Below, piece after piece: positions 54,953-64,000 of a DNA stretch of 64,000 nucleotides (positions are counted from its first letter, which is position 1; each line of letters begins with the position of its first letter). The stretch comes from Bryobacteraceae bacterium (GTDB taxonomy: Bacteria > Acidobacteriota > Terriglobia > Bryobacterales > Bryobacteraceae), in contig JBGPLI010000002.1 of the NCBI GenBank assembly GCA_041486445.1, positions 9,066-73,065 of the forward strand, in the 5' to 3' direction. The notes under the pieces are model-generated. The model saw only the letters and a list, made by a program, of their open reading frames with translations, did not search any database and had not been told where the DNA came from. A program made the translations under genes and the position numbers.

Positions 54953-55020
54953 ATCGGGCTCTTTCCGTTTTTCCGTCGATTGGGAGCGACCTTTCGATTG
55001 TACTCGACCCAGGGGTGGTG

Positions 55021-56100
55021 TCAATAGGGTGTTCCGCCCGTCTCGAGTGTTACCCTTCTGCGGAGCGATCCTCGCCATCCGTCGCTCCACTTTAGGAGAG
55101 TTGCTGGCGTTCGGCGTCGATTACCCTTCGCCAGCCCCATCTGCCCGAGCACGGCGCGGCCGAGCACGCCGTAGGGGTTCCCCAGCGTGTCTTCAATCTC
55201 AAAGTGATTGTAGCCCTCACCGCGGATCAGCTCCACCGGTTTTCCCGCCGCCTTCACTGCCGCGGCGAACTCCCGTGCCTGGCGCTGGAATTCCGGCGTC
55301 TCATGGCTCCCGTAGGCGACGATGACGGGTGCGTGAATCCTGTCGATGTACCGCTGCGGGCTCAGCGCGTCTTCGGTCGCGTCGTCGAACTTGACGTAGG
55401 TGCTCCGGTAGGACAGGCGCGGCCCTCGCAGGTCGTACATGCCGCTCGCCAGCAGCGCCCCTTTAATGATGTCTCCGGGAACGCCGAAATCTTTTTTCCA
55501 ATCCGTGATGAGCGCCGCGCCGGCCAGATGCGCCCCGGAGGAATGTCCGGAGATGTACAGGCGGCCGGGATCGCCGCCGAAGCTCGCGGCATTCTGGTAG
55601 ACCCACGCAATCGCGCGGCGCACCTGCTGTTCCATCACCATGAGGCTGCCGCCGGCGTCCTGCACCCGCACGAAATCCGGCGCGACGAAATGCGCTCCGG
55701 CATTGATAAATAATTCCGCGAGATAGGCCGAACCCCTGGCCGAGCCGCTCTGCCACGCACCGCCGTGGACAAAGAGATGCACCGGCGCCCGCGCGGTCTT
55801 GGTCCGGTAGATGTCTAGCCGTTCGATCTCAGTGGGACCGTAAGCCATGCGTGTGGGCTCGCCCAGTCGCGCGCGGGCCAGCTCCGCGTTGTGGGCGTGA
55901 CGCTGCTCGACCTGCGTCCGATTCGGTGCGTACGCGGTTTGGTTGTACGCCGCGTCAAGCTCCACCTGGTCGTAATCGAGGAACACCTTCGGGCCCTTGG
56001 GATGCGGTGGAGGTCCGACCTGTTGTTGCGCGAGCGCCGGCGATCCCAACGCCGCCGCACCGGCGAAGAGGAGTCCTCGCCTCGTCACGGGATCGGACAT
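55021..56100 (-). CDS. Exported alpha/beta hydrolase (esterase/arylformamidase-like)
   Basis: Tat-like signal MSDPVTRRGLLFAGAAALGSPALA. Oxyanion HGGAW. Nucleophile elbow GHSSGAH. Confidence 0.75.
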   Translation of the reverse strand: MSDPVTRRGLLFAGAAALGSPALAQQQVGPPPHPKGPKVFLDYDQVELDAAYNQTAYAPNRTQVEQRHAHNAELARARLGEPTRMAYGPTEIERLDIYRTKTARAPVHLFVHGGAWQSGSARGSAYLAELFINAGAHFVAPDFVRVQDAGGSLMVMEQQVRRAIAWVYQNAASFGGDPGRLYISGHSSGAHLAGAALITDWKKDFGVPGDIIKGALLASGMYDLRGPRLSYRSTYVKFDDATEDALSPQRYIDRIHAPVIVAYGSHETPEFQRQAREFAAAVKAAGKPVELIRGEGYNHFEIEDTLGNPYGVLGRAVLGQMGLAKGNRRRTPATLLKWSDGWRGSLRRRVTLETGGTPY

Positions 56101-56128
56101 GATCTACTAGTGTAAACTGGACCTACCT

Positions 56129-56968
56129 ATGAACGTTGCCGCCGCGTTGTTCCTCGCGATCCTGATGCCTCTGGCAACGGCACAGCCTCGCTCGGTTCGG
56201 CTGTACGTGTTCGATTGCGGACGTTTGAAGAGCGGCAATCCGGACCCGTTGCTCCAACGAGGAGTCACCACAACCGACATGTCCGTCGCGGCTTTCCTCA
56301 TCGTGCACCCGCGCGGAACGCTCCTGTGGGATGCGGGCGTCGTCCCCGACGAGCTCGTCAAACCGGGCGGGACGACGGATTTCCGGGCCACGGTCACCAA
56401 GACGATCAAGAGTCAATTGGCCGAGATCGGCTACCAGCCCTCCGGCATCACGTACCTGGCTCTGTCGCACAACCATTACGATCACTCGGCGAACGCCAAC
56501 CAGTTCGCGGGTTCCACATGGCTGGTGCAGCGGGCGGAGCGCGAAGTGATGTTCTCCGGCGCGCCTCGCCCCGGCTCTCCGAACAGTCCGAGCAATGCGA
56601 CTGCAAGCGAACGCTTCGCCGCGCTCAAGAACGCCAAGAGCATGGTCCTCGACGGCGACTACGATGTGTTCGGCGACGGCACGGTGGTCATTTTATCCAC
56701 GCCGGGACACACGCCAGGGCACCAGTCGCTGTTCGTGAAACTGGCGAAAACAGGGCCTGTCGTGCTCAGCGGAGACCTGTATCACTATCCAGCCGAGCGC
56801 ACGTTGAAGGATTTCACGCCGTTTGCCGCCCTCGGCAATCCGGCGCAGGAAGTTGCGTCGAAAGCGAAGGTCGAGGCTCTGCTGAAGGAGAAAAAAGCAA
56901 AGCTGTGGATTCAACACGACATCGTCGCGAACGCCGAATTGAAAAAATCGCCGGCGTATTACGAGTAG
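56129..56968 (+). CDS. MBL-fold metallo-hydrolase, N-acyl-homoserine-lactonase-like, exported
   Basis: Signal peptide. LSHNHYDHSANA (HxHxDH). TPGHTPGHQS. Confidence 0.75.
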   Translation: MNVAAALFLAILMPLATAQPRSVRLYVFDCGRLKSGNPDPLLQRGVTTTDMSVAAFLIVHPRGTLLWDAGVVPDELVKPGGTTDFRATVTKTIKSQLAEIGYQPSGITYLALSHNHYDHSANANQFAGSTWLVQRAEREVMFSGAPRPGSPNSPSNATASERFAALKNAKSMVLDGDYDVFGDGTVVILSTPGHTPGHQSLFVKLAKTGPVVLSGDLYHYPAERTLKDFTPFAALGNPAQEVASKAKVEALLKEKKAKLWIQHDIVANAELKKSPAYYE

Positions 56969-57699
56969 CTATTGTTGTTTTGGCGCTGGCGTCTCTGCCG
57001 GCAGCCGCACAGGACACGGGCGGCGAGGCGTATCGGGCGCGTTGCGCCTCCTGTCACGGCGCGGATGCAAAGGGCACGGCCGCGGGTTCCGATCTCACTG
57101 GGCTGTGGGCGGCTGGCGCCACCGATCAGCAGCTCTTCGTGAATATCCGGCGCGGACTCCCCAACACGCTCAAGCCGCATAGCTTCGGACCCGACAGCGA
57201 AGTCTCGGCGATTCTCGCGTACCTGCGGACGTTGAACACCGCGCCCTCCCCAAAACCGGCGGGCGATGCACAAAACGGAGAACGTATCTTCTCTGCGAAT
57301 TGCAGTACGTGCCATCAGGTGAACGGCCGCGGAGGCCGCCTGGGTCCGGACCTCTCGCGAGTGGGCTCCAGCCGCTTGCGCCCGGCGCTGGCGCACAAGA
57401 TCCGCCACGCCAGCTCCTACATCATGAGCGTCTACGCGGGCGGCTACGTGATGGACGGTTACCAGCCCGTGACGTTGATCACGCGCGACGGCCGCAGAAT
57501 TCGCGGAGTGAAGAAAAACGAGGACGCCTTCTCGATCCAGATCATGGACACGCAGGAACGGCTGCAAGGATATCTGAAATCCGGGCTGCGGGAGTTGGTG
57601 AACGATGACGCGTCGGTGATGCCGGACTTCGGCCCGGACCGGATCAACGATGGCGATCTGGACGATCTGCTGGCATATTTGGGGACGTTGAAGCGCTGA
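56905..57699 (+). CDS. Exported c-type cytochrome with two CxxCH motifs
   Basis: CASCHG and CSTCHQVNGRGG. An in-frame GTG at 56905 gives a plausible signal peptide (..RRERRIEKIAGVLRVAIVVLALASLPAAAQ). The rest of the 494-aa track ORF is out-of-frame overlap with the MBL gene. Confidence 0.7.
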   Translation: MDSTRHRRERRIEKIAGVLRVAIVVLALASLPAAAQDTGGEAYRARCASCHGADAKGTAAGSDLTGLWAAGATDQQLFVNIRRGLPNTLKPHSFGPDSEVSAILAYLRTLNTAPSPKPAGDAQNGERIFSANCSTCHQVNGRGGRLGPDLSRVGSSRLRPALAHKIRHASSYIMSVYAGGYVMDGYQPVTLITRDGRRIRGVKKNEDAFSIQIMDTQERLQGYLKSGLRELVNDDASVMPDFGPDRINDGDLDDLLAYLGTLKR

Positions 57700-57759
57700 G
57701 GAAACATCGTATGTGGGCTGGCAGCTGCGGCAGTCGCCAGCGTCACTAATCCGCTTTGT

Positions 57760-58349
57760 CTATGGCTTGTTGATGCGTTCTTGGCGGAGAATGTCGAGCC
57801 TCGCTCCATCTTGCCAGTAGTTAGTATATTCGCCAACGACAAAACGGCATCCGTGACCACGGTTAGCAATTGCACGCCCGAGCGATCCGTGAAGCGGATT
57901 TCCAACGCTTTTGACGACAGGATCGTTCACCACGTATTCATAGTCAAGACCGACGATCAGTAGCTGTGTGTCTGGATTACCGCATGATGGACTGCGGTCG
58001 TCGCTGTCTGGCTCGTCGTGGCAGCGCCTGCCCAACAATGAACGCCAATTACCACGTAGCTGGCCTCATCCAATCCACGCTGGCGTTGTTTGACCGACAC
58101 ATGCCGTTCGACACTGCGCGGCAAATCCAGACTGCGGAACGCTTGCAGCAAAACGGGAATCCCGGCCAGCGCCGTCAAGCCTTGCTCGGCATGTCCTTCG
58201 TCGTAGTCGAAACCCAGCGGCTGTTGCGTCGGTGACTGCCGGTCCGGGTGATGGCATGCACGCATTCTAAGGCCTTGTTTCACCCATCGGGTGAAAACTT
58301 GCGGCTCTCCTTCATCCATCTGGGCTTGACTGAAACCTTTACTCCACAT
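57760..58349 (-). mobile_element. Degenerate, frameshifted N-terminal remnant of a DDE transposase (IS1380/IS4-like)
   Basis: GLTALAGIPVLLQAFRSLDLPRSVERHVSVKQRQRGLDEASYV resembles the conserved N-terminal region of these transposases. The continuation shifts frame, there is no DDE domain, and G+C is lower. Confidence 0.45.
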
Positions 58350-58449
58350 CGACTACCAACGGATTACGGTTTCGACGGCGACTGAAGTCGCCGTTGCAGG
58401 CTAAAGCCGGCTAAAGCCCGCTCCACAACGCGCTACAGTAGCTTCAGGA

Positions 58450-59388
58450 ATGAGTGTCGTTTTGGAGCTTCGCCGCGTATCGAAGCATTTCGCCGCGCAT
58501 CCGGCGGTGACCGACGTTTCGCTCGAGATCCCGCACGGCTCATTCTTCTCGCTGCTGGGACCCTCCGGGTGCGGAAAGACGACCACTCTCCGTCTGATCG
58601 CCGGTTTCGAAAGCCCCACCGCCGGCGAGGTCTGGCTCAACGGCGCCCGGATCGACCATCTGCCACCGTACCGGCGCAACGTCAACACCGTGTTTCAGAG
58701 CTACGCGCTGTTTCCGCATCTTTCGGTGCGCGGCAATGTCGAGTTCGGACTTCGCCGCAAGGCCGCCGATGGAATCGATGCGCGCGTGCGGGAGGTGCTC
58801 GATCAAGTGCAGCTATCGGGCAAGGAGTCCCGCATGCCCGGCGAGCTCTCCGGAGGAGAGCGGCAACGAGTCGCACTGGCGCGATCGCTGGTGCTGGCGC
58901 CCGACGTGCTGCTGCTCGACGAGCCGCTTTCCGCGCTCGATCCGCACCTTCGCCGGCAGGTGCGCGCCGAGCTGAAGGACTTGCAGCGCCGCGTCGGCGT
59001 CGCGTTTCTCTTTGTCACGCACGACCAGGAGGAGGCGCTGTCGCTCTCGGATTCGATCGCCGTGATGAACGGCGGACGCGTGGAGCAGGTCGGCACGCCG
59101 CAAGAAGTCTACCTGCGCCCGCGAACGCGCTTCGTCGCGTCTTTTCTCGGAGCGATGAACTGGATCGATGGCGTGGGCGTCCGGCCGGAGGCGGTGCGGT
59201 TGTCGAGCGCCGCGCCGGGCTGTAAAGCGACGGTCGCGAGCGCCGTCTTTCTGGGTCCGGTGCTTCACATTGAAGCCAGGCTGGAGAGCGGGGAACTGGT
59301 CACCGCACAGCTCGCTCCCGGCTGCGCGTTTCAGCCGGAGCAGACGGTGTACGTCTCCTGGAGCAGCGCAGATGAGGTGCGGTTTTAA
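58450..59388 (+). CDS. potA: Polyamine (spermidine/putrescine)-type ABC transporter ATP-binding protein
   Basis: GPSGCGKTT, LSGGERQRVALARSL, LLLDEP and a C-terminal TOBE-like domain. Confidence 0.85.
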   Translation: MSVVLELRRVSKHFAAHPAVTDVSLEIPHGSFFSLLGPSGCGKTTTLRLIAGFESPTAGEVWLNGARIDHLPPYRRNVNTVFQSYALFPHLSVRGNVEFGLRRKAADGIDARVREVLDQVQLSGKESRMPGELSGGERQRVALARSLVLAPDVLLLDEPLSALDPHLRRQVRAELKDLQRRVGVAFLFVTHDQEEALSLSDSIAVMNGGRVEQVGTPQEVYLRPRTRFVASFLGAMNWIDGVGVRPEAVRLSSAAPGCKATVASAVFLGPVLHIEARLESGELVTAQLAPGCAFQPEQTVYVSWSSADEVRF

Positions 59389-60213
59389 ATGAGGCTGCGC
59401 TCGTGGTTCGTGGCGCCGGCCGCGGCGCTGATGATCGCGACACTCGCAATTCCGCTCGTCATCATTTGCGGTTACAGCGTGCTCACGCGCGGCGGCTATG
59501 GAGGCGTGGAACAGCCGTGGACCTTCGAGAACTACGCGCGCCTGTTCGATCCGCTCTATGGCGTGATCTTTGTCCGCTCGTTCTGGGTCGCGGGCGTGGC
59601 GACGCTGCTGTGCCTGGCGCTGGGATTTCCGCTCGCTTTGTTCATCGCGCAATCCGGCGAGCGCAAGAACCTGTACCTGAGCCTGGTGATCCTGCCGTTC
59701 TGGACCAGTTTCCTCATCCGCACCTACGCGTGGATGTTTCTGCTCCGCGATACGGGGCTCATCAATACTGTGCTTCAGGCGCTGGGCGTGATTCGCGAGC
59801 CGATGCCGATGCTTTACAACGACGGCGCAGTGATCCTGGGACTGGTCTATGGTTATCTGCCGTTCACGGTGCTGCCGCTGTACGCGACTCTCGAACGGCT
59901 GGACCGCAGTCTGCTGGAAGCGGCGGCCGATCTTGGCGCGCGTCCGCTGGACACTCTGCTGCGAGTGACGTTGCCGTTGTGCGCGCCCGGCATTCGGGCC
60001 GGAGCGATTCTGGTTTTCGTTCCGTGCCTGGGCACCTACCTGACCTCGGATCTTCTCGGCGGCAGCAAAACGATCCTGATCGGCAACCTGGTGCAGAACC
60101 AGTTCACCACGGCGCGAGACTGGCCCTTCGGCGCGGCGGCGTCGCTGCTGTTGATGGCGGTGGCGATGGCGCTGCTGTTCGCCGTGAGACGGCGCGGCGA
60201 GGAACTTCTATGA
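59389..60213 (+). CDS. potB: ABC transporter permease (PotB-like)
   Basis: Six hydrophobic helices and EAA-type loop LLEAAADLGARPL. Confidence 0.85.
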   Translation: MRLRSWFVAPAAALMIATLAIPLVIICGYSVLTRGGYGGVEQPWTFENYARLFDPLYGVIFVRSFWVAGVATLLCLALGFPLALFIAQSGERKNLYLSLVILPFWTSFLIRTYAWMFLLRDTGLINTVLQALGVIREPMPMLYNDGAVILGLVYGYLPFTVLPLYATLERLDRSLLEAAADLGARPLDTLLRVTLPLCAPGIRAGAILVFVPCLGTYLTSDLLGGSKTILIGNLVQNQFTTARDWPFGAAASLLLMAVAMALLFAVRRRGEELL

Positions 60214-60968
60214 AAAGAAGCCTGGCCTTATACGCGGTGGGCGTCTACGCGTTTCTCCACGTTCCGCTGCTGATTCTGGCCGCGTTCAGCTTCAACGCTT
60301 CGAGGTTCACCGTCTGGCAAGGATTTTCGTTTCGCTGGTATCAGGCGGCGTTCGCCGATCGCGAGCTGCTCGAATCCGCGATGAACAGCCTGATCATCGC
60401 CGTGGGCGCGACGGTGCTGGCGACGGCGATCGGCACGCTGGCGGCGTACGCTCTCTGGAAACGGTCGTCGGGGTGGCTGGCCGGGTCGTTCTATCTTTCG
60501 TTGGTCACTCCCGAAATCGTCACCGGTGTTTCTCTGCTCGCATTTTTCCAGGGCGTGTTTCGATTCATGAATCTGCGGCTGGGCATGCACACGGTGATGC
60601 TGGCGCACGTGGCTTTCTCGGTGGCCTACGTCGTCGTCGTGGTGATGGCGCGGTTGCGCACGTTCGACCGCACGCTCGAAGAAGCGGCGATGGACCTGGG
60701 CGCGACCGAACTCTCGGCTTTCCGGCGAGTGACGCTGCCCTATCTCGGACCCGCGATTGCCGCGGCCGCGATGCTCGCCTTCACCGTCTCGATCGACGAC
60801 TACGTGATCACCAGCCTGGTGGCCGGGGTCGATTCGCAGACGCTGCCGATGGTGATCTACGCGCTGGCGCGCCGCGGCGTCACTCCGATGCTCAACGCGG
60901 TTTCGACGCTGGTGGTGGTGGCGCTGGGCGCGATGGTGATGATCTCGGAAAGGCTGCGATCGGCATGA
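60210..60968 (+). CDS. potC: ABC transporter permease (PotC-like)
   Basis: ATG at 60210 overlaps the potB stop (ATGA). MKRSLALYAVGVYAFLHVPLL... EAA loop LEEAAMDLGATE. Confidence 0.85.
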   Translation: MKRSLALYAVGVYAFLHVPLLILAAFSFNASRFTVWQGFSFRWYQAAFADRELLESAMNSLIIAVGATVLATAIGTLAAYALWKRSSGWLAGSFYLSLVTPEIVTGVSLLAFFQGVFRFMNLRLGMHTVMLAHVAFSVAYVVVVVMARLRTFDRTLEEAAMDLGATELSAFRRVTLPYLGPAIAAAAMLAFTVSIDDYVITSLVAGVDSQTLPMVIYALARRGVTPMLNAVSTLVVVALGAMVMISERLRSA

Positions 60969-61987
60969 ACCGGCGCGTGTTTCTCATGGGCGTGGCCGGA
61001 GCGGCCGGGTGCAGCCGCGCCGCGCAGCGCCTCAACGTCTACAACTGGTCCGACTACGTCGCGCCGGACACGATCGCGAATTTCGAGCGCGAGTTCGGCG
61101 TGAGCGTCCGCTACGGCACGTATGAGAGCGTCCAGGAAATGCTGGCCAAGGTGATGAGCGGCAACTCCGGATGGGATGTCGTATTTCCGTCGGCGGATTT
61201 TGTCGAGCCGATGCGGACGATGAATCTGCTCCAGTCGCTGCGCCACGACAAGCTTCCGAATCTGGAGGCGCTCGATCCGGCGTTCCAAAGCCCGCCGTGG
61301 GATCCGGAGCTGGAGTGGAGCGTTCCCTACATGCACGGCGCCACTGGCATTGCGTATCGGAAGAGCCTCACGCCGGCGCCGCGTGCATGGGCCGATCTGT
61401 GGGAGCCGCGGCTGCGCGGAAAGATCACCATGCTCGACGATGCCCCGGAAGTGATCGGCGCATGCCTCAAGAAACTCGGGTTTTCGGTGAACAGCGGCGA
61501 TCCGGCGCAGCTCGCGCTGGCCAAGCGGGAGGCGATCGCGCAGAAGCCTCTGCTGCGCGCCTATCTGAACGCGGAAGTGCGCGACCAACTGGTGGCGGGC
61601 GATGTGGCCGCAGCCCAGGCCTGGGCGGTGACGGCGGGGCAGGCCATCGCGGCGGCTCCGGACAAGCTCGCGTTCGTGCTGCCGGCGGAGGGCTTCGCCC
61701 GATTCGCCGACACCATGGCGATCCTACGCGAAAGCCGCCGGAGCGAGCTGGCGCATCGCTTCGTCAACTACCTGCTCCGGCCGGCGGTGGCAGCGGCCAT
61801 CGTCCAGGCGACACAGACCGCGACCGCCAATGGCGCCGCGCAAAAACTCCTGCCGGCCGCCGTGCGCGACAACCCGGTGCTGTACCCGCCGCCGGAAGTC
61901 CTGGAACGCGGGGAGTGGTTCGCGCCGTTGTCCTCGGCGTCGCAGCGGCTGCGCGACCGCCTGTGGACCGAGATCAAGAGCGCGTGA
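60965..61987 (+). CDS. potD: Polyamine-type periplasmic substrate-binding lipoprotein (PotD-like)
   Basis: ATG at 60965 overlaps the potC stop. Lipobox LMGVAGAAGCS. LNVYNWSDYVAPDTI typical of PotD/PotF. Confidence 0.85.
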   Translation: MNRRVFLMGVAGAAGCSRAAQRLNVYNWSDYVAPDTIANFEREFGVSVRYGTYESVQEMLAKVMSGNSGWDVVFPSADFVEPMRTMNLLQSLRHDKLPNLEALDPAFQSPPWDPELEWSVPYMHGATGIAYRKSLTPAPRAWADLWEPRLRGKITMLDDAPEVIGACLKKLGFSVNSGDPAQLALAKREAIAQKPLLRAYLNAEVRDQLVAGDVAAAQAWAVTAGQAIAAAPDKLAFVLPAEGFARFADTMAILRESRRSELAHRFVNYLLRPAVAAAIVQATQTATANGAAQKLLPAAVRDNPVLYPPPEVLERGEWFAPLSSASQRLRDRLWTEIKSA

Positions 61988-62429
61988 GCTGGGTTTCCCG
62001 GGTCTCCACGGCCGCTGGGGCGCCGCGCCACCACGCGTCGAGCGAGAGCGCGTTCAAATCGCGGCGAGCCAGCAGGAAGTAGTAGAGGAAGCAGTAGATC
62101 AACTGCAACCCCGCGACGTTCCAATCCTGCGCGAGGTTGGTGCCGAACACCAGGGCCGCCATCACCAGGCCGCCGGCAATCAGCGTAAACCGCGTGGCCA
62201 GACCCAGCAACAGAAGCAGTCCAAGAGTCGTCTCCACCGGCGGAAGCGCCGTGGCGAAAACTCCGTTGAAGCCGGCCGGCATGAGCGGCGTGTGCTCGAA
62301 ATAGTGGTTGAGGTAGTTGAGAAAAGCGGCATGGCCGGCCAGGAGCCGGCTCACGCCGTGGAGCATGATATTGACGCCGAACGACAAGCGCAGAATGCCG
62401 TAGGCGATCACCGCGTCGGAGTATTTCAT
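61974..62429 (-). CDS. DoxX-family membrane protein
   Basis: Four hydrophobic helices, with YGILRLSFGVNIMLHGVSRL and LLLLLGLATRFTLIAGGLVMAALVFG. The 3' end overlaps potD by 14 nt. Confidence 0.7.
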   Translation of the reverse strand: MKYSDAVIAYGILRLSFGVNIMLHGVSRLLAGHAAFLNYLNHYFEHTPLMPAGFNGVFATALPPVETTLGLLLLLGLATRFTLIAGGLVMAALVFGTNLAQDWNVAGLQLIYCFLYYFLLARRDLNALSLDAWWRGAPAAVETRETQLTRS

Positions 62430-62512
62430 CCTGTCGATGGTAGCACGGGTCTAGGGGCTCGCCCGCACGGGGCCGCGCCGGCGTCCCACTACGGTAGAAT
62501 CGTTCAGATTCT

Positions 62513-64000
62513 ATGACGCTGGCCGCTGGTGACCGCCTCGGACCCTACGAGATCCTCGTACAGATCGGCGCAGGCGGCATGGGCGAGGTGTACAAAGCTC
62601 GCGACACGCGCCTGGATCGCATTGTCGCGCTCAAGGTTTCCAAAAGTGAGTTCAGCGAACGCTTTGAGCGCGAGGCTCGGGCCGTGGCCGCCCTGAATCA
62701 TCCGCACATTTGCACGCTGCACGATGTCGGATCAAATTATCTGGTGATGGAGTACATCGAGGGTGCGCCCTTGAAGGGTCCCTTGCCGTTCGATCAGGCG
62801 TTGAAGTATGCGTCACAGATTTGCGATGCGTTGGATGCCGCGCATAAGAAAAGCGTCACACATCGGGATCTGAAACCCGGCAACATCCTGGTGGCTAAGG
62901 CGGGCGTGAAGTTGCTGGACTTCGGGCTGGCGCGAGTGAGCGATGCCGACGCCACCGTGACGATGGGAGTCATGGGCACGCCCGCCTACATGTCGCCGGA
63001 GCAGTGGGAGGGCAAACCCGGCGACGCGCGGTCGGACATCTACGCGTTCGGCTGCGTGCTGTACGAGATGCTCACCGGCAAGCGGGCGGCGCAGGAGCGG
63101 ATGCCGGTCCAGCCGCCGGCGGCCGAGCACGTGATCAAGCGGTGCCTCGAAAAAGACCCGGACGAGCGCTGGCAGTCGGTGCGGGACGTGAAGGCGTCGT
63201 TGGAGTTCGCCGGTGAGGAGTCATCGCCGGCGACAAGATCGCCGGCGCCACGGACACCCTGGCGGTGGATGGCGGCTGCGGCCGTACTGGCAATGGCGAC
63301 CGCGGTAAGCCTCTGGGCGCCGTGGCGCGTTGCTTCCACCGTGGAACAGCCCATCGTCAAGCTGGATCTCGATCTCGGCGCCACGGTTTACGAGTCCAAT
63401 GTAGGCACCGACACCATCCTCTCTCCCGACGGCACGCGCCTGGTTTTCGTCTCGCAGGGCGCGGAAGGAAAATCGCGCCTCTCCACTCGTCGGCTCGATC
63501 AGCCCAAGCCTGCCGAACTCCCCGGCACCGACGGCGCTTACAGCCCGTTCTTCTCACCCGATGGTCTGTCGGTCGGCTTCTTCGCCGGCGGAAAACTCAA
63601 GAAGACCCGCCTCGATGGAGGTGATCCAGTGATCCTCTGCGATGCCCCCGCGGGCCGCGGCGCAACGTGGAGCGAGGACGGCAGCATCATCGCGGCACTC
63701 GAACCTGTCCGCGGTCTGACTCTGATTTCGTCGGTGGGTGGACAGCCCACCCCGCTTACGGAGCTCGAAAGTGGCGAGACTGGACATCGTTTTCCGCATA
63801 CACTGCCCGGCGGTAAGGCCGTGCTTTTCACCTTCAGCAACTTGAACGGCAACTATGAAGAAGCCGGCATCGCAGTCGTGTCGCTGAAGGATCGCCTCCG
63901 CAAGAACATCCTGGAGCACGCTGGAATGAATCCCATATACCTGCCCAGTGGCCATCTGGTCTACGTCACGAAGGGATCGCTGTTCGCTGTGCCCTTCGAT
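62513..64000 (+). CDS. Ser/Thr protein kinase with transmembrane segment and TolB-like beta-propeller, 3'-partial (runs off the window). Absent from the supplied ORF track.
   Basis: My own translation from ATG at 62513: MTLAAGDRLGPYEILVQIGAGGMGEVYKA..., HRDLKPGNIL, DFGLA, GTPAYMSPEQ, then WRWMAAAAVLAMATAV (transmembrane) and SPDG-type propeller repeats. The frame is open through 64000. Confidence 0.85.
   Translation, partial: MTLAAGDRLGPYEILVQIGAGGMGEVYKARDTRLDRIVALKVSKSEFSERFEREARAVAALNHPHICTLHDVGSNYLVMEYIEGAPLKGPLPFDQALKYASQICDALDAAHKKSVTHRDLKPGNILVAKAGVKLLDFGLARVSDADATVTMGVMGTPAYMSPEQWEGKPGDARSDIYAFGCVLYEMLTGKRAAQERMPVQPPAAEHVIKRCLEKDPDERWQSVRDVKASLEFAGEESSPATRSPAPRTPWRWMAAAAVLAMATAVSLWAPWRVASTVEQPIVKLDLDLGATVYESNVGTDTILSPDGTRLVFVSQGAEGKSRLSTRRLDQPKPAELPGTDGAYSPFFSPDGLSVGFFAGGKLKKTRLDGGDPVILCDAPAGRGATWSEDGSIIAALEPVRGLTLISSVGGQPTPLTELESGETGHRFPHTLPGGKAVLFTFSNLNGNYEEAGIAVVSLKDRLRKNILEHAGMNPIYLPSGHLVYVTKGSLFAVPFD

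Noticed and set aside
59403-61987. Very long track ORFs 59403-60968 and 60473-61987 in the pot operon
   Set aside because: Their 5' parts are out-of-frame read-through over potB and potC. Only the segments from ATG 60210 (potC) and ATG 60965 (potD) are meaningful.
1-64000. Search for a CRISPR array or other cas genes to go with the Cas6-like gene
   Set aside because: I found no regularly spaced 25-40-nt direct repeats and no Cas1/Cas2/Cas3/Cas7/Cas10-like ORFs in the window. The array may of course be elsewhere in the genome.

Overview
High-G+C bacterial chromosomal window (mid-60s % judged by eye, not computed), densely packed with about 60 protein genes. I recognised no rRNA, tRNA or CRISPR array. 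The gene content looks Acidobacteriota-like (Solibacter/Bryobacter type), which is inference only: a DUF1592/DUF1552 pair, exported ankyrin and TPR proteins, many CarboxypepD_reg/Ig-like secreted proteins, and a Ser/Thr kinase fused to a TolB-like propeller.

Housekeeping blocks are queF, miaA, panB-panC-coaX, fdhD, fabI, recG-rsmD, guaA, an S41 (Ctp-like) peptidase and potABCD.

Five things stand out:
1. A four-gene operon with overlapping reading frames (1048-4993, minus strand) ends in an orphan Cas6-like RAMP protein. It is coupled to a coiled-coil SAM methyltransferase, QueF and a TIGR00300 enzyme, with no CRISPR context.
2. A visibly lower-G+C block of about 3.8 kb (about 15.3-19.1 kb) truncates a flavoprotein gene. 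It carries a P-loop STAND-like NTPase anchored by transmembrane helices at both ends, plus a DHCR24/BfaA-like FAD oxidoreductase that converges on a host cfa-like methyltransferase.
3. A mosaic duplication junction (36.1-38.1 kb) repeats the convergent 3' ends of a secreted-protein gene and fabI. The two copies flank different cargo: an Fcy1-type cytosine deaminase with hicB in one, a small coiled-coil ORF in the other.
4. An Arn-like set (ArnA-decarboxylase/UXS-like, GT2, GT-C membrane protein) sits directly upstream of an operon for secreted Gly/Ser/Thr-rich Ig-repeat proteins.
5. Smaller items include a frameshifted nucleotidyltransferase, a transposase remnant, and a guaA gene with no canonical start codon near its conserved N-terminus.

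Many long ORFs in the supplied track are antisense or out-of-frame artefacts of the GC-rich sequence. One real gene, the 3'-truncated kinase at 62513-64000, is missing from the track because it has no stop codon in the window.
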